A stretch of 64,000 nt of DNA from Desulfatiglandales bacterium (lineage in GTDB: Bacteria > Desulfobacterota > DSM-4660 > Desulfatiglandales > HGW-15). The notes under the pieces are model-generated. The model was given only the letters and a program-made list of their open reading frames with translations, was not told the DNA's origin and made no database searches. Position 1 is the stretch's first letter; every line of letters begins with the position of its first letter. Positions 48,909 through 58,640 of the stretch are shown here, piece by piece. The DNA lies in NCBI GenBank assembly GCA_963667015.2, contig CAXXJJ010000001.1:2528001-2592000 (forward strand), written 5' to 3'. Both the position numbers and the translations under genes were made by a program.

Positions 48909-50870
48909 TTAATATTCGTATCTTAAACCTAAATTGAATGTCCTGCCGGGAGCAATATATCCCTGAATTGCAGCATAATCTTCATTGAAGAGGTTGGATA
49001 TGTTTCCATTAAGCAACAGTCGCCCGAAACTTGAGTAAGAAATAATCTCTTTTGAGATTGACAGATTTGCTACAGTATAACCTGGAAGCGTAGTTGCTCC
49101 TGTACCCTCATAATCAGTTATGTTCTGCTTGCTGAAGTATGAAAAATTAAGTGAAGAGACAAAACCAACATCAGGATTGGAAAGTCTGATGCCATAGGAG
49201 GTTGACCATTCCGGATTATAGGAAAGATCAGTGTTAGACTCTTCATTTTTATTTTTTATAAAGTATGTTAATGATGTATAGGGCTTAAGTTCCCAGCTCC
49301 AATCAAAAATATCACCTATATCAACATTAAAAGCCCACTCGATACCTGAGAGTTCCGCACCGCTGATATTTTTATACTGAGTGATATCTTCCTCTGCATT
49401 ATATTCATAACCTATCTGGTCTTTAAAGTCTGTTGAAAAGTAAGTTAAGCTGCTTGAAAGGGTTCCCTTTGTATAATCCATTCCTACTTCATATGTCTTG
49501 CTTTTTTCAGGGGTGAGATCTTCATTACCGGACCATATTCCGAAGCCAAACGCGCTGTAGTCAGTAAACATAAAGAGCTGATCAGGAGTCGGCATTTTAA
49601 AAGCCTCTGCATAATTTGCTCTTATACTCAGATTTTTATTGAATTTGTATACAGCGCCTATGCTGGGAGATAAATTTTCATCACTTTTAGTTTGTCCTTC
49701 ATCCGATTCAATATCGAATTTGTCAAAGCGGAGGCCGGCTGAAAATATTAATTTACCATCAAGCAATTTACTTTTGGCAAGTAAAAATGCAGCCGGATTG
49801 TCATAAGTGTTTTCGCCTGTTGAATAGATATCAGTAATATCATAATGGACCCAGTCAACTCCACCTGTAAGTCTTATAAAATCCCAGTCGGATGAAAACT
49901 GTGCCTGCACTCCCTGCTGGTCTGTATCCTGATAGTAAGACATGGTGGCACTGTCGTCAAAGTTACTATATTTACGATCTGTCCTGAAATAGAGGAAAGA
50001 CCATGACAATTTACTGTCAGCGGTGCTGCCAGTGTATGTCAGGTCGTAATTTCTATTGCTACTGTCGACATATGCATCCAGATCATTCTGGCTTAAGTAA
50101 CTGGGGCTTCCTATTTCATTACCATCATATGATGAGAATGTTATTCCAATACGATGAGTTTCTAAAAATGTATATCCTGTGTCTATGCTTATTCTTTCTT
50201 TCGAATCAAAACCTGTATTGTAATAGTTCTGTCCATTAGCAGTATCATAATCATCCTGGGATTCAATGGATCCGCTGAGAGAAAAATCAAAATTATTGAA
50301 TTTTCCTGATGCTCCTACTGAATTTTTTTTATTGTTCCAGCTTCCTATTCTTGTTTCCGCATATGCTGAAAAATCACCTTTACCCTGTTTTGTAATTATA
50401 TTAACAACTCCTCCAACCGCAGAAGCTCCGTACTGAGTAGCACCAGGGCCGCGGACTATTTCCACCTTTTCGATATTATCAAGAGGGATATCTGCCAGAT
50501 TGCCCGTTCCGGCTCGTCTTCCATTAATCAATAAGAGTACATATCCATCCAGATCATTTCCCTGTGTATTAGTTCTGAACCCGCGGATACTGACAGATGC
50601 CAGTGAATTCGGGTATTCCCTTATGAAGAATCCCTGCTCTTCAAGAAGATCAACCAGGTCAGTAACTGAAGATTTTTCTATCTCTTCCTCACCTAAAACC
50701 GTGATGTTTGTAGTCACATCTTCCTTTTTTTCTTCGATTCTCCCTGATGTTACAACAACCGCTTCCATTTTTACTTTTTCCTCTTGTTCTTCGCCCGCCT
50801 TTGACAGACAGGGCATGCTCAGTATGAATAAGAGTACATAAATTACATAGTGTTTTTTCATTCCTTTCAT
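48909..50870 (-). CDS. btuB: TonB-dependent receptor, probable corrinoid transporter
   Basis: Signal peptide, TonB box (EAVVVTS), plug motifs (SIRG, LINGRR, IEKVEIVRGP...YG...GGVVNIITK) and C-terminal PGRTFNLGLRYEY. Preceded by a B12 riboswitch. Confidence 0.85.
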   Translation of the reverse strand: MKGMKKHYVIYVLLFILSMPCLSKAGEEQEEKVKMEAVVVTSGRIEEKKEDVTTNITVLGEEEIEKSSVTDLVDLLEEQGFFIREYPNSLASVSIRGFRTNTQGNDLDGYVLLLINGRRAGTGNLADIPLDNIEKVEIVRGPGATQYGASAVGGVVNIITKQGKGDFSAYAETRIGSWNNKKNSVGASGKFNNFDFSLSGSIESQDDYDTANGQNYYNTGFDSKERISIDTGYTFLETHRIGITFSSYDGNEIGSPSYLSQNDLDAYVDSSNRNYDLTYTGSTADSKLSWSFLYFRTDRKYSNFDDSATMSYYQDTDQQGVQAQFSSDWDFIRLTGGVDWVHYDITDIYSTGENTYDNPAAFLLAKSKLLDGKLIFSAGLRFDKFDIESDEGQTKSDENLSPSIGAVYKFNKNLSIRANYAEAFKMPTPDQLFMFTDYSAFGFGIWSGNEDLTPEKSKTYEVGMDYTKGTLSSSLTYFSTDFKDQIGYEYNAEEDITQYKNISGAELSGIEWAFNVDIGDIFDWSWELKPYTSLTYFIKNKNEESNTDLSYNPEWSTSYGIRLSNPDVGFVSSLNFSYFSKQNITDYEGTGATTLPGYTVANLSISKEIISYSSFGRLLLNGNISNLFNEDYAAIQGYIAPGRTFNLGLRYEY

Positions 50871-50896
50871 TTCCTCCCTTTAATCTCAATTTTTGC

Positions 50897-50935
50897 AAAA
50901 AAAAATCCCGAACCTAAATAAATAGATCCGGGACA
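50897..50935 (-). terminator. Riboswitch-coupled terminator (receptor leader)
   Basis: Minus strand TCCCGGATCTA...TAGGTTCGGGA followed by a T-run. Confidence 0.7.
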
Positions 50936-50997
50936 TCCCTTTTTTATCCGCAGAAAAATATGCAGGCTTATCGCTGTCCACGCGATATTAACCCTAT

Positions 50998-51165
50998 GTG
51001 TTCAGGCAGGTCTTCTGACTTACGGATCATCCTACTTGCTGCGCCTTCCCATCATGTGCTTATGACAGTGACTAATTGCAGCGTTCGTCCCCGATTACAG
51101 CGGCGGGCCCGTCCCCGATTTTAACGGGGTTCCCTTTTCAACTCTATTTTAGAGTACCATGAACG
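50998..51165 (-). ncRNA. Cobalamin riboswitch upstream of the TonB-dependent receptor
   Basis: Minus strand AAAAGGGAACCCCGTTAAAATCGGGGACGGGCCCGCCGCTGTAA...GTCACTG...GGGAAGG...AAGTCAGAAGACCTGCC. Confidence 0.93.
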
Positions 51166-51233
51166 CTATATGCAATACAAAAAAAGGCAGATAGATGTCA
51201 AGAGGAAATAAAGTGCTTAAGATTACTGAATAT

Positions 51234-54200
51234 CTATTCTCCGGTTATTTCCTCTATTTCACCTTCTATGTCCAGATAGGCCTGTTTTAACTCTTCAATG
51301 GTATTTTCATCAGTGTTCCACATATCCCTCTGGCTTGCTTCCAGCAGTTTATCTATAATGTTTTGGAGTGCATATGGATTTACAGATTTCATCCACTCCT
51401 GCATGTCTTTATCAAGTGCAACCTTTTCTGCAAATCTCTGGTACATCCAGTCATCCACCACATCTGCTGTTGCATCCCAGCCCAGGATGATGTCCATGGC
51501 CTTTGAGATATCCCCGGCCCCTTTATAACCATGGCGTTTCAGGCCTTCCAGCCAGATGGGATTGAGAAGGCGTGATCGGAAGATGTGCCTTGCCTCTTCG
51601 GTCGTGGTGCGGACCTTGACGTCATCCGGATCATTGGAGTCCCCTGCCAGTGAGAATGGCCGCTTTCCCTGAACAGCGTGAACAGCAGTAATAAGGCCTC
51701 CGTGATAGTTATAAAAATCCGTGCAGGTCATCATGTCTTTTTCTCTTGTGTCCTCATTTTTTACGGTTACAGACATCCGACCCAGGGTCCGGCGAAACTG
51801 CTGCTCTGCCTTTTCTCCAAAACTGTTTTCACCATAGGCATAAGAAGACCACTGTATGTACATGTTGCCCAGGTCATCTGTGGTTTCCCAGTTTTTTGAT
51901 TCCACCAGTTGAGCCACTCCTGCACCGTAACTGCCGGGCGGAGAACCGAAAATCCTGAAGGTAGCCTGACGAAAGGCAGCGTCTTCATCCATGCCCTCTT
52001 TTTTCAGTTCATCCATATCCTTCACCACATGGCGCCGGATAAAATTGTTTTCCGGTTCTTCCTTTAACATGGCCACCATGCGCACTGCCTTATCTATCCA
52101 GTCTACCAGGAGAGGAAATGCGTCTCGAAAAATGCCTGAAATCCGGGGTGTTACATCAATACGCGGCCGCCCAAGTTCTTTGGATGGAATAATTTCAATG
52201 CCTTTTACATTGCCGCTGCCCTTTTGCCACACAGGCCTGACTCCAAGGAGGTATAGAATTTCTGATACATCATCACCCTTGGAACGCATTGTAGGGCTTG
52301 CCCAGAGTATGATACCCACATTGTCAGGGTACTCCCCTTTTTCATCAAGGTATCGCTTTATAAGTGCATCAGCCAGTTTTTTGCCGGTCTCCCATGCTGC
52401 GGGAGTAGGGATCTTCTGGGGATCAACCGAATAAAAATTTCTGCCAGTGGGCAGTATATGTGTCTGCCCTCTTGAAGGGGCCCCTGATGGGCCGGGGGAA
52501 ACAAAACGGCCTTCAAGGGCTGTGAGACATGAATCCAGTTCATCCGTGGTCTGTTGAATCCGGAAAACAAGGTCATCCCTGATATAGGTCAGGACTGATG
52601 ATACATCCGTATCTGATTTTCCAAGATATTTCTCTTGTATCCCTGTTATATCGAGATCTTCTTCCGACAGAGAGAGGAGATCTGCAACCATTTCTTCACA
52701 TAATGTCTGAGCCTTTTCTATTATCTTTGCACCTGTAAGGGCGTTTTCATTATCAATAACCTTACCGAGATTATTCCCAAGTTCACCTGCATCATATCCC
52801 ATTACAGAAAGTACTGATTTGCGCAGAGAAGGTATTGAACCGTTTGCAAGCCTCGTCATCTGGACAATAGTTTTTGAGAGGAATTCACCTTCCGGTGCCT
52901 TTCCAAGAGTATGCAGCCCGTCTGCAATAAATGTATCGGATATTTCACCCAGGTAATCATGAATTGTTTCAGTAAATGCCTCAGGGGCTGCAAGGGCCTT
53001 TTCCTTTTCAAGCCCGAGGTCGTTTACCACATCTGCCTTTTCTGCTGCCTCCCATATCATGGCAGGCAGTATGTCGAGCTTGGCCTGGTCCTGTGTTTTG
53101 GCGTTCAGGTAATCGTTGAGAAGGTTTTCAAGCTCCGCAAGTTCATCATAGAGCCCGGAATTGGTAAGGGCAGGGGGCAGATGATCAATTATACAGGCAT
53201 ATGACCTTCGTTTTGCCTGGGTCCCCTCTCCGGGATCGTTTATAATGTACGGGTATATATTAGGGAGATCCCCGATGGCAAGGTCCGGATAGCATTCCCG
53301 GTCAAGTCCTACTGACTTTCCGGGCAGCCATTCAAGGCTTCCGTGTTTTCCCACATGGATAACCGCATCTGCCTTGAATATTTCGGATATCCACCTGTAA
53401 TGAGCAAGATAGTGATGGGGCGGCGAAAGATACATATCATGATACAGCTTGTCTATCTGTTCAAGATAACCCCTTGGCGGCTGTACTGTAATGAATACAT
53501 TGCCGTTTATTATACCCGGGAAAAGAAGCTTTCCATCATGAACAAACAGGTCTCCGGGCATTGGCTGCCAGTCTTCTGTCATTTTTTTCCGTATCTTATC
53601 GGGAAGCTCGGCATGCCAGTTCATATACTCTTCAGGGCCGGCAGTTGCCTCTGCCCTCTCTGCCATCTGTTCTGGCATGAGCCAGCGTTGGTCGCAGGTC
53701 ATTCGACTCAATATCTTGTGTGCCAGTGTATCTCCGTCAGGGTAAAGCTCATCAACTTTATAACCGCGTTCTGACATGGCCTTTACAAGGTCTTTGACAC
53801 TGGCAAAGCTGTCCAGGCCTGATGCGCATCCTATACGGTCATTCCTGGGAGGGTAGTGATGAAATACAATGGCTACCTTTTTTTTACTGTTTTCTATTTT
53901 TGACAGGGATGCCCAGTTAAGGGCCAGGCGCACCATCTTTGCTGTACGTTCCGGTATGGGGGTATATTTGTTTACTGCAGCACCTGTCAGGGGATCAACC
54001 GAAACACACTGCTTGGATGCTACAGGTACATTAATTATAACCCCGTCCAGTTCCGGCTGGGCAACGGATATGGTTATGTCCACATTTGTGAGTCCCTGAT
54101 CGCTTTCCTTCCATTCCCGGATATCTCTGGCTGTTGAAATAGCCTGTATTACCGGTACCCCAAGCTTTTTAAGAAGGCCTTTGTAATCGGGCGATGCCGT

Positions 54201-55019
54201 CTCAAGGCTGAACATTACAGGGTTTATGAGCACATCGATTCGGGATTTATCATTATCCATAAAAAACTGATCAACAACATAATCCGCACCGTTGTTTCCA
54301 AGGAGTTTATCCTTAAACCGGGTATGGAAGACACATATTACATTGGCATTCTGTTTTTCCAGCTCCCAGATGATGGCATCTATATGGTCCTTGTTATTGC
54401 TGGTCCAGAAGTTCTGATAAAACCAGATTCCTGCAGTTATTTTGTATGGATCAAGGGAATTATAATAATCTAGGGCATCCGGTATATAACCCCTGTCAGG
54501 GTGGTATAGTCCTTCATAGGGCAGCAACATTGGCGGTTTTATATCAATGTTATCATTATGAATGCGGTTGTGCAGGAAACCCAGCATATTCATGAGGTTT
54601 TCCACTCCGCCGTAACGGTAGTAACGGCTCAGGTTTGTCCAGGTATCGTCATCAGTCCCGTCAGATAACTGCTGTACAATTTCAAGGGAATCCGGGTTGC
54701 TTCCCGTAGGCTGGATATGAAACCATGGTATTTTATTCCCATTCTTGCGCTGTTCTTCCATTGCAGAGATCAGATCATCCCAGGCAGGGCAGGACTGGCT
54801 GCCTGCCATGAGCGTGATAAAAATAATATCCGCTTTAAGGGCATGCTTTACAAAGGATTCCTGCATTTCTTCGTTATCCTGCAACTGGGTACGTGTGCGG
54901 GCATATATTTCAACAGAAGCGGAAGCGGTTTTCTCTGTAAATAAACGGCAGGCCTCGCTCAGGTTGGGAATTTCGTTTGATGTAACGCTGAAATATACAA
55001 GCTTCATTTGTTTTCTCAC
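51234..55019 (-). CDS. cobN: CobN/ChlH-family chelatase large subunit
   Basis: AQPELDG, YPP....IG.A.GLD, QPPRG, HVGKHGSLEWLPGK, YPYIINDPGEG.QAKRR, LPTGRNFY, GRPRIDV...SG.FRD and RLLNP.W motifs. Confidence 0.93.
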   Translation of the reverse strand: MRKQMKLVYFSVTSNEIPNLSEACRLFTEKTASASVEIYARTRTQLQDNEEMQESFVKHALKADIIFITLMAGSQSCPAWDDLISAMEEQRKNGNKIPWFHIQPTGSNPDSLEIVQQLSDGTDDDTWTNLSRYYRYGGVENLMNMLGFLHNRIHNDNIDIKPPMLLPYEGLYHPDRGYIPDALDYYNSLDPYKITAGIWFYQNFWTSNNKDHIDAIIWELEKQNANVICVFHTRFKDKLLGNNGADYVVDQFFMDNDKSRIDVLINPVMFSLETASPDYKGLLKKLGVPVIQAISTARDIREWKESDQGLTNVDITISVAQPELDGVIINVPVASKQCVSVDPLTGAAVNKYTPIPERTAKMVRLALNWASLSKIENSKKKVAIVFHHYPPRNDRIGCASGLDSFASVKDLVKAMSERGYKVDELYPDGDTLAHKILSRMTCDQRWLMPEQMAERAEATAGPEEYMNWHAELPDKIRKKMTEDWQPMPGDLFVHDGKLLFPGIINGNVFITVQPPRGYLEQIDKLYHDMYLSPPHHYLAHYRWISEIFKADAVIHVGKHGSLEWLPGKSVGLDRECYPDLAIGDLPNIYPYIINDPGEGTQAKRRSYACIIDHLPPALTNSGLYDELAELENLLNDYLNAKTQDQAKLDILPAMIWEAAEKADVVNDLGLEKEKALAAPEAFTETIHDYLGEISDTFIADGLHTLGKAPEGEFLSKTIVQMTRLANGSIPSLRKSVLSVMGYDAGELGNNLGKVIDNENALTGAKIIEKAQTLCEEMVADLLSLSEEDLDITGIQEKYLGKSDTDVSSVLTYIRDDLVFRIQQTTDELDSCLTALEGRFVSPGPSGAPSRGQTHILPTGRNFYSVDPQKIPTPAAWETGKKLADALIKRYLDEKGEYPDNVGIILWASPTMRSKGDDVSEILYLLGVRPVWQKGSGNVKGIEIIPSKELGRPRIDVTPRISGIFRDAFPLLVDWIDKAVRMVAMLKEEPENNFIRRHVVKDMDELKKEGMDEDAAFRQATFRIFGSPPGSYGAGVAQLVESKNWETTDDLGNMYIQWSSYAYGENSFGEKAEQQFRRTLGRMSVTVKNEDTREKDMMTCTDFYNYHGGLITAVHAVQGKRPFSLAGDSNDPDDVKVRTTTEEARHIFRSRLLNPIWLEGLKRHGYKGAGDISKAMDIILGWDATADVVDDWMYQRFAEKVALDKDMQEWMKSVNPYALQNIIDKLLEASQRDMWNTDENTIEELKQAYLDIEGEIEEITGE

Positions 55020-55804
55020 TTTCTAAGACTTTCCATTGGGATTATGTAGGGGCAGTCATGTTCTCTATCAAACTGAATATTTACCCGGATATTAAAAACC
55101 TCTGCCAGGAGATCCTGTGTGATTACATCCCGGGGCGCTCCTGATGCTACAATCTTTCCATTATTAACCACAGCAATGGTATGTGCGTATCTTGCCGCCT
55201 GATTAAGGTCATGAAGTACCATTACAGTTGAAAGACCGAGCCTTCTGTTGAGCGTTTTTACTAGTTCAAGTACCTCAAACTGGTAACATATATCAAGAAA
55301 GGTAGTGGGTTCATCAAGGAGCAGTATTTCAGGCTTCTGGGCCAGGGCAAGGGCAAGCCATGCCCTCTGGCGCTCGCCTCCGGAAAGGGAGACAAGTGTT
55401 CTGTCCTGTAATAGTGTAAGCCTTGTCCTTTCAAGAGATTCATCAACAATAGCCCAGTCTGCGGTTGTCATCCTCCCGGTCCATTTTAAATGGGGGCTTC
55501 TGCCGTATCCGACAAGATCACGTACTGTGAAATCCTCCGGTATTATGGGGGACTGGGGCAGAAAGGCAAGGTGTCTTGCAAGTTCCCTTGGTGAAAACCG
55601 GGTAACGGGTTTATTATCGAGCGATACAACTCCTTTTCGTGGACGGAGTGAAGCCGCCATTGCCTTTAAGATAGTTGATTTTCCCGAGCCATTTGGGCCG
55701 ATAATTATCATGAATTCTTCAGGATTCAGAGTGAGACTTACATCATGAATGACTGATGACAGTTTTCCATATCCAAGTTGCAGGTTTTTTGCTTCTAGTA
55801 TCAT
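55016..55804 (-). CDS. Iron/corrinoid ABC transporter ATP-binding subunit (FecE/BtuD-like)
   Basis: GPNGSGKST, LSGGERQR, LLDEPT and VLHDLNQA motifs. Confidence 0.9.
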   Translation of the reverse strand: MILEAKNLQLGYGKLSSVIHDVSLTLNPEEFMIIIGPNGSGKSTILKAMAASLRPRKGVVSLDNKPVTRFSPRELARHLAFLPQSPIIPEDFTVRDLVGYGRSPHLKWTGRMTTADWAIVDESLERTRLTLLQDRTLVSLSGGERQRAWLALALAQKPEILLLDEPTTFLDICYQFEVLELVKTLNRRLGLSTVMVLHDLNQAARYAHTIAVVNNGKIVASGAPRDVITQDLLAEVFNIRVNIQFDREHDCPYIIPMESLRK

Positions 55805-55814
55805 AATCCGATCT

Positions 55815-56804
55815 CTACATCTTTTTTCGCAGCAGATAAAGGAAGAAAGGAGCGCCTAACAGCGCCATAATAATTCCCACCGGCACTTCCACAGGATCAA
55901 GAACAACCCTGGAGATTGTATCGCAGATCATAACAAGGGCCGCTCCCATAAGTGCTGCAGCGGGAAGCAAAAACCTGTAGTCGGAACCTATGATAAGCCT
56001 TGCTATGTGAGGTACAATAAGGCCCACAAAACCAAGAAGCCCTGCCACGCTGACAGCGCTGCCTGCAAGAAGGGCTGCAAGGGCGATAAAAAACATTCGG
56101 GTACGTTCAACATTTATCCCGAGGCTACCGGCAGTTTCATCCCCAAGCATCAGAATATTAAGCCTGCGCGCAGAGATATTAACAAGCAGGAACCCTGACA
56201 GAGTGTAAGGAAAAATAATATCAAGGTGCTTCCATGTTCTTGCTGACAGCCCTCCAACCATAAACCCTAAAACACTGTGGACGCGGTCAGGAAAAAATAT
56301 CATGAGACCTGTTATCATGGCGCCCAGAAATGAGGATACTGCCACTCCTGCAAGGATAAGCCTGGAAGGCCTGATTCCCTGCCGCCAGGCAATAAGATAT
56401 ACCATGATTGCCGTAATCAGTGCTCCTGTAAACGCCACAGGAGGGAGAAGATAGTATATCCCCGGATAAAGGATCAGTATAACAACACCTGCAAGTCCCG
56501 CCCCGGCAGATATCCCGATGATATGAGGCGCTGCCAGGGGATTTCGCATGATTCCCTGCAGGAGACAACCTGAAAGTGAAAGGCATAATCCCACGCAGGC
56601 GGCTACAAGGGTCCTGGGAAGACGGATATTGTAGATGATCTGATAATGGGGGCCTTCAGAAGCCCTGAAAATAGCATCAAATATCTGGGCGGGAGTTATT
56701 TTTAAAGATCCCAGCTTAAGGCTGAATAAAAACCCTGCGATACACAGGATGAAAAGTGAAGCAAGGATTAATACTCGTTTTAATGTCCTGCCTGCAGGCG
56801 GCAT
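55815..56804 (-). CDS. Iron/corrinoid ABC permease (FecCD/BtuC-like)
   Basis: IRLPR, QGIMRNPLA.P..IGISAGA, GFVGLIVPHIAR and EVPVG....GAPFF motifs. Confidence 0.9.
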   Translation of the reverse strand: MPPAGRTLKRVLILASLFILCIAGFLFSLKLGSLKITPAQIFDAIFRASEGPHYQIIYNIRLPRTLVAACVGLCLSLSGCLLQGIMRNPLAAPHIIGISAGAGLAGVVILILYPGIYYLLPPVAFTGALITAIMVYLIAWRQGIRPSRLILAGVAVSSFLGAMITGLMIFFPDRVHSVLGFMVGGLSARTWKHLDIIFPYTLSGFLLVNISARRLNILMLGDETAGSLGINVERTRMFFIALAALLAGSAVSVAGLLGFVGLIVPHIARLIIGSDYRFLLPAAALMGAALVMICDTISRVVLDPVEVPVGIIMALLGAPFFLYLLRKKM

Positions 56805-56810
56805 GGTTAA

Positions 56811-57851
56811 TTATTCTCTCCTGTCTGTGTTTGCGCTGACTGTCATATGAGATATGTCCGCCGGGATATCAAAATCCGGATATATAAGCCTGGCCAGGTA
56901 TTCCAGCGCCCGGGGGAACTCATCATTTGGTTTATATAAAAAGTATTTTTTTGGCAGGACATGAAACCTGCCTTCCCTGATAGCTGTGAGGGCCGACCAG
57001 GCCTCATTGCTTTCAAACTCCATCCGCAGTCTTTCACGGCAGGCGTCCACTTCCCCCATGGTGTTGAGAAGTATTATGTCCGGGTCAAGCTGTACAATTT
57101 TTTCTAGACTGAAATCAACACGTGTCTGTGAGGCGAGGTTATAATCCTTGGAAATAATATTCTTCACCCCGATCATGGAAAGCATTACACCTGTCTGAGA
57201 ATTGGGCAGTTCGCATGAAACCGAATTTGTGGATGTAAACACAACAAGCACTTTAGGTCCTTTAAACTTCCTGCACCTTTCTGTAATTATATTGATCCTC
57301 TCTGACATCCTCTCATAGGCGGCCTGATAAATCTTTTCTGTTCCGTTGATTCTGGAGAAGAGGTCTAGTATGTGAAGGTAATCATAATGATTTACATAGC
57401 GGAGAAAGATATAGGGAATATTATTCTGCTTCAGTATGGGGATTATATCCCTGAAACCGGCCACATCAGATGAAATAACAAGATCTGGCTGGAGAGTTAT
57501 GACCTTTTCTGCGTTGGGGTTGTTGAAGGAGCCAACCTCGGGGATGTTTATCACCTCAGGCGGCACATTGATATCTCCTGTGCAGCGGGCTATGGCTGTG
57601 CCTCCTGACTCGACCCAGAGATTCAAAAGAGAAGTCAAAAGTACAATTGTTCTTTTAGGATGTTTTGGGATAACCGATATCCCACCATCCGGAAGCATGC
57701 AGGTTATACTGTCAGCAGTTTCTTCAACAACAAGGGATGAATGATCATTAGTCTCTTTCACGCTCTGTGATATGTTGTCACATGCAGTGACGCTTAAAAT
57801 TATTAGTAATAATAGAGTTTGTTTTAGGAAGTTAGATAAATTTTTAAGCAT
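56811..57851 (-). CDS. Iron/corrinoid ABC substrate-binding lipoprotein (BtuF-like)
   Basis: Lipobox VTA-C. VGSFNNPNAEKV..LQPDLV, SLEKIV.LDPDII and W..L.A...GR motifs. Confidence 0.85.
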   Translation of the reverse strand: MLKNLSNFLKQTLLLLIILSVTACDNISQSVKETNDHSSLVVEETADSITCMLPDGGISVIPKHPKRTIVLLTSLLNLWVESGGTAIARCTGDINVPPEVINIPEVGSFNNPNAEKVITLQPDLVISSDVAGFRDIIPILKQNNIPYIFLRYVNHYDYLHILDLFSRINGTEKIYQAAYERMSERINIITERCRKFKGPKVLVVFTSTNSVSCELPNSQTGVMLSMIGVKNIISKDYNLASQTRVDFSLEKIVQLDPDIILLNTMGEVDACRERLRMEFESNEAWSALTAIREGRFHVLPKKYFLYKPNDEFPRALEYLARLIYPDFDIPADISHMTVSANTDRRE

Positions 57852-57854
57852 AGT

Positions 57855-58640
57855 CTATTCTCCCATACCAATCAAAGCCGCCCCGATTGCCCCGTTGAGC
57901 TGAGGATATTCGGGAACATGAACATCCATGTAAAGCAGATCTTCCAGGGCATCAGCTATACCAATATTAAGCCCGCCTCCTCCGGTAAGGAGTATTTCGG
58001 CTGTTCCACCGGTCTTTTTGAACATCCCGGCAATGCGTTTTGCCAGGGAGCGGTGAATGGCTGCAGTTATATCCTCCCTGCTTTTTTTTCTTGCTACCAG
58101 GGAGACCACTTCCGATTCGGCAAATACAACGCATGTACTGTTAATATTAAGAGGTACCTTTGATTCAAGGGAGATGGGGCCGAGATCCTTTACATCCAGT
58201 TCAAGGATACGGGCAAGGGATTCAAGAAAACGCCCGGTGCCGGCAGCACACTTGTCATTCATGGTAAAGTTGGTTGTTTCACCCTGTTCATCAATCAGAA
58301 TGACCTTGCTGTCCTGACCGCCGATATCTATTACCGTACGGATATCAACACCTTCGGGTGCAGCCCACCGCGCACCCACACCATGTGCCCTGATTTCCGT
58401 AACAGTATCATTTGCCCTTGTAATTGTACGGCGGCTGTATCCGGTAGATATTACGGCCTTGACCTGGGACGGGTCCAGGCCATTGCTGGTAACTATATTA
58501 TCAATCATTTTACCTGATGTGCTGTCTGCATCTATACCCGTCGGCTGCCGGTCATACCCTGTAAGTTTGCCACTCTCATCAAGAAAGGCCACTTTGACAT
58601 AGGTTGAACCCGCATCAACGCCTGCATAATAATAGGTCAT
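57855..58640 (-). CDS. ATP-dependent activase (HgdC/BadF-type), second copy
   Basis: GVDAGST, STGY.R, DIGGQDSK, MNDKCAAGTGRF and STCVVFAESE motifs. Confidence 0.92.
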   Translation of the reverse strand: MTYYYAGVDAGSTYVKVAFLDESGKLTGYDRQPTGIDADSTSGKMIDNIVTSNGLDPSQVKAVISTGYSRRTITRANDTVTEIRAHGVGARWAAPEGVDIRTVIDIGGQDSKVILIDEQGETTNFTMNDKCAAGTGRFLESLARILELDVKDLGPISLESKVPLNINSTCVVFAESEVVSLVARKKSREDITAAIHRSLAKRIAGMFKKTGGTAEILLTGGGGLNIGIADALEDLLYMDVHVPEYPQLNGAIGAALIGMGE

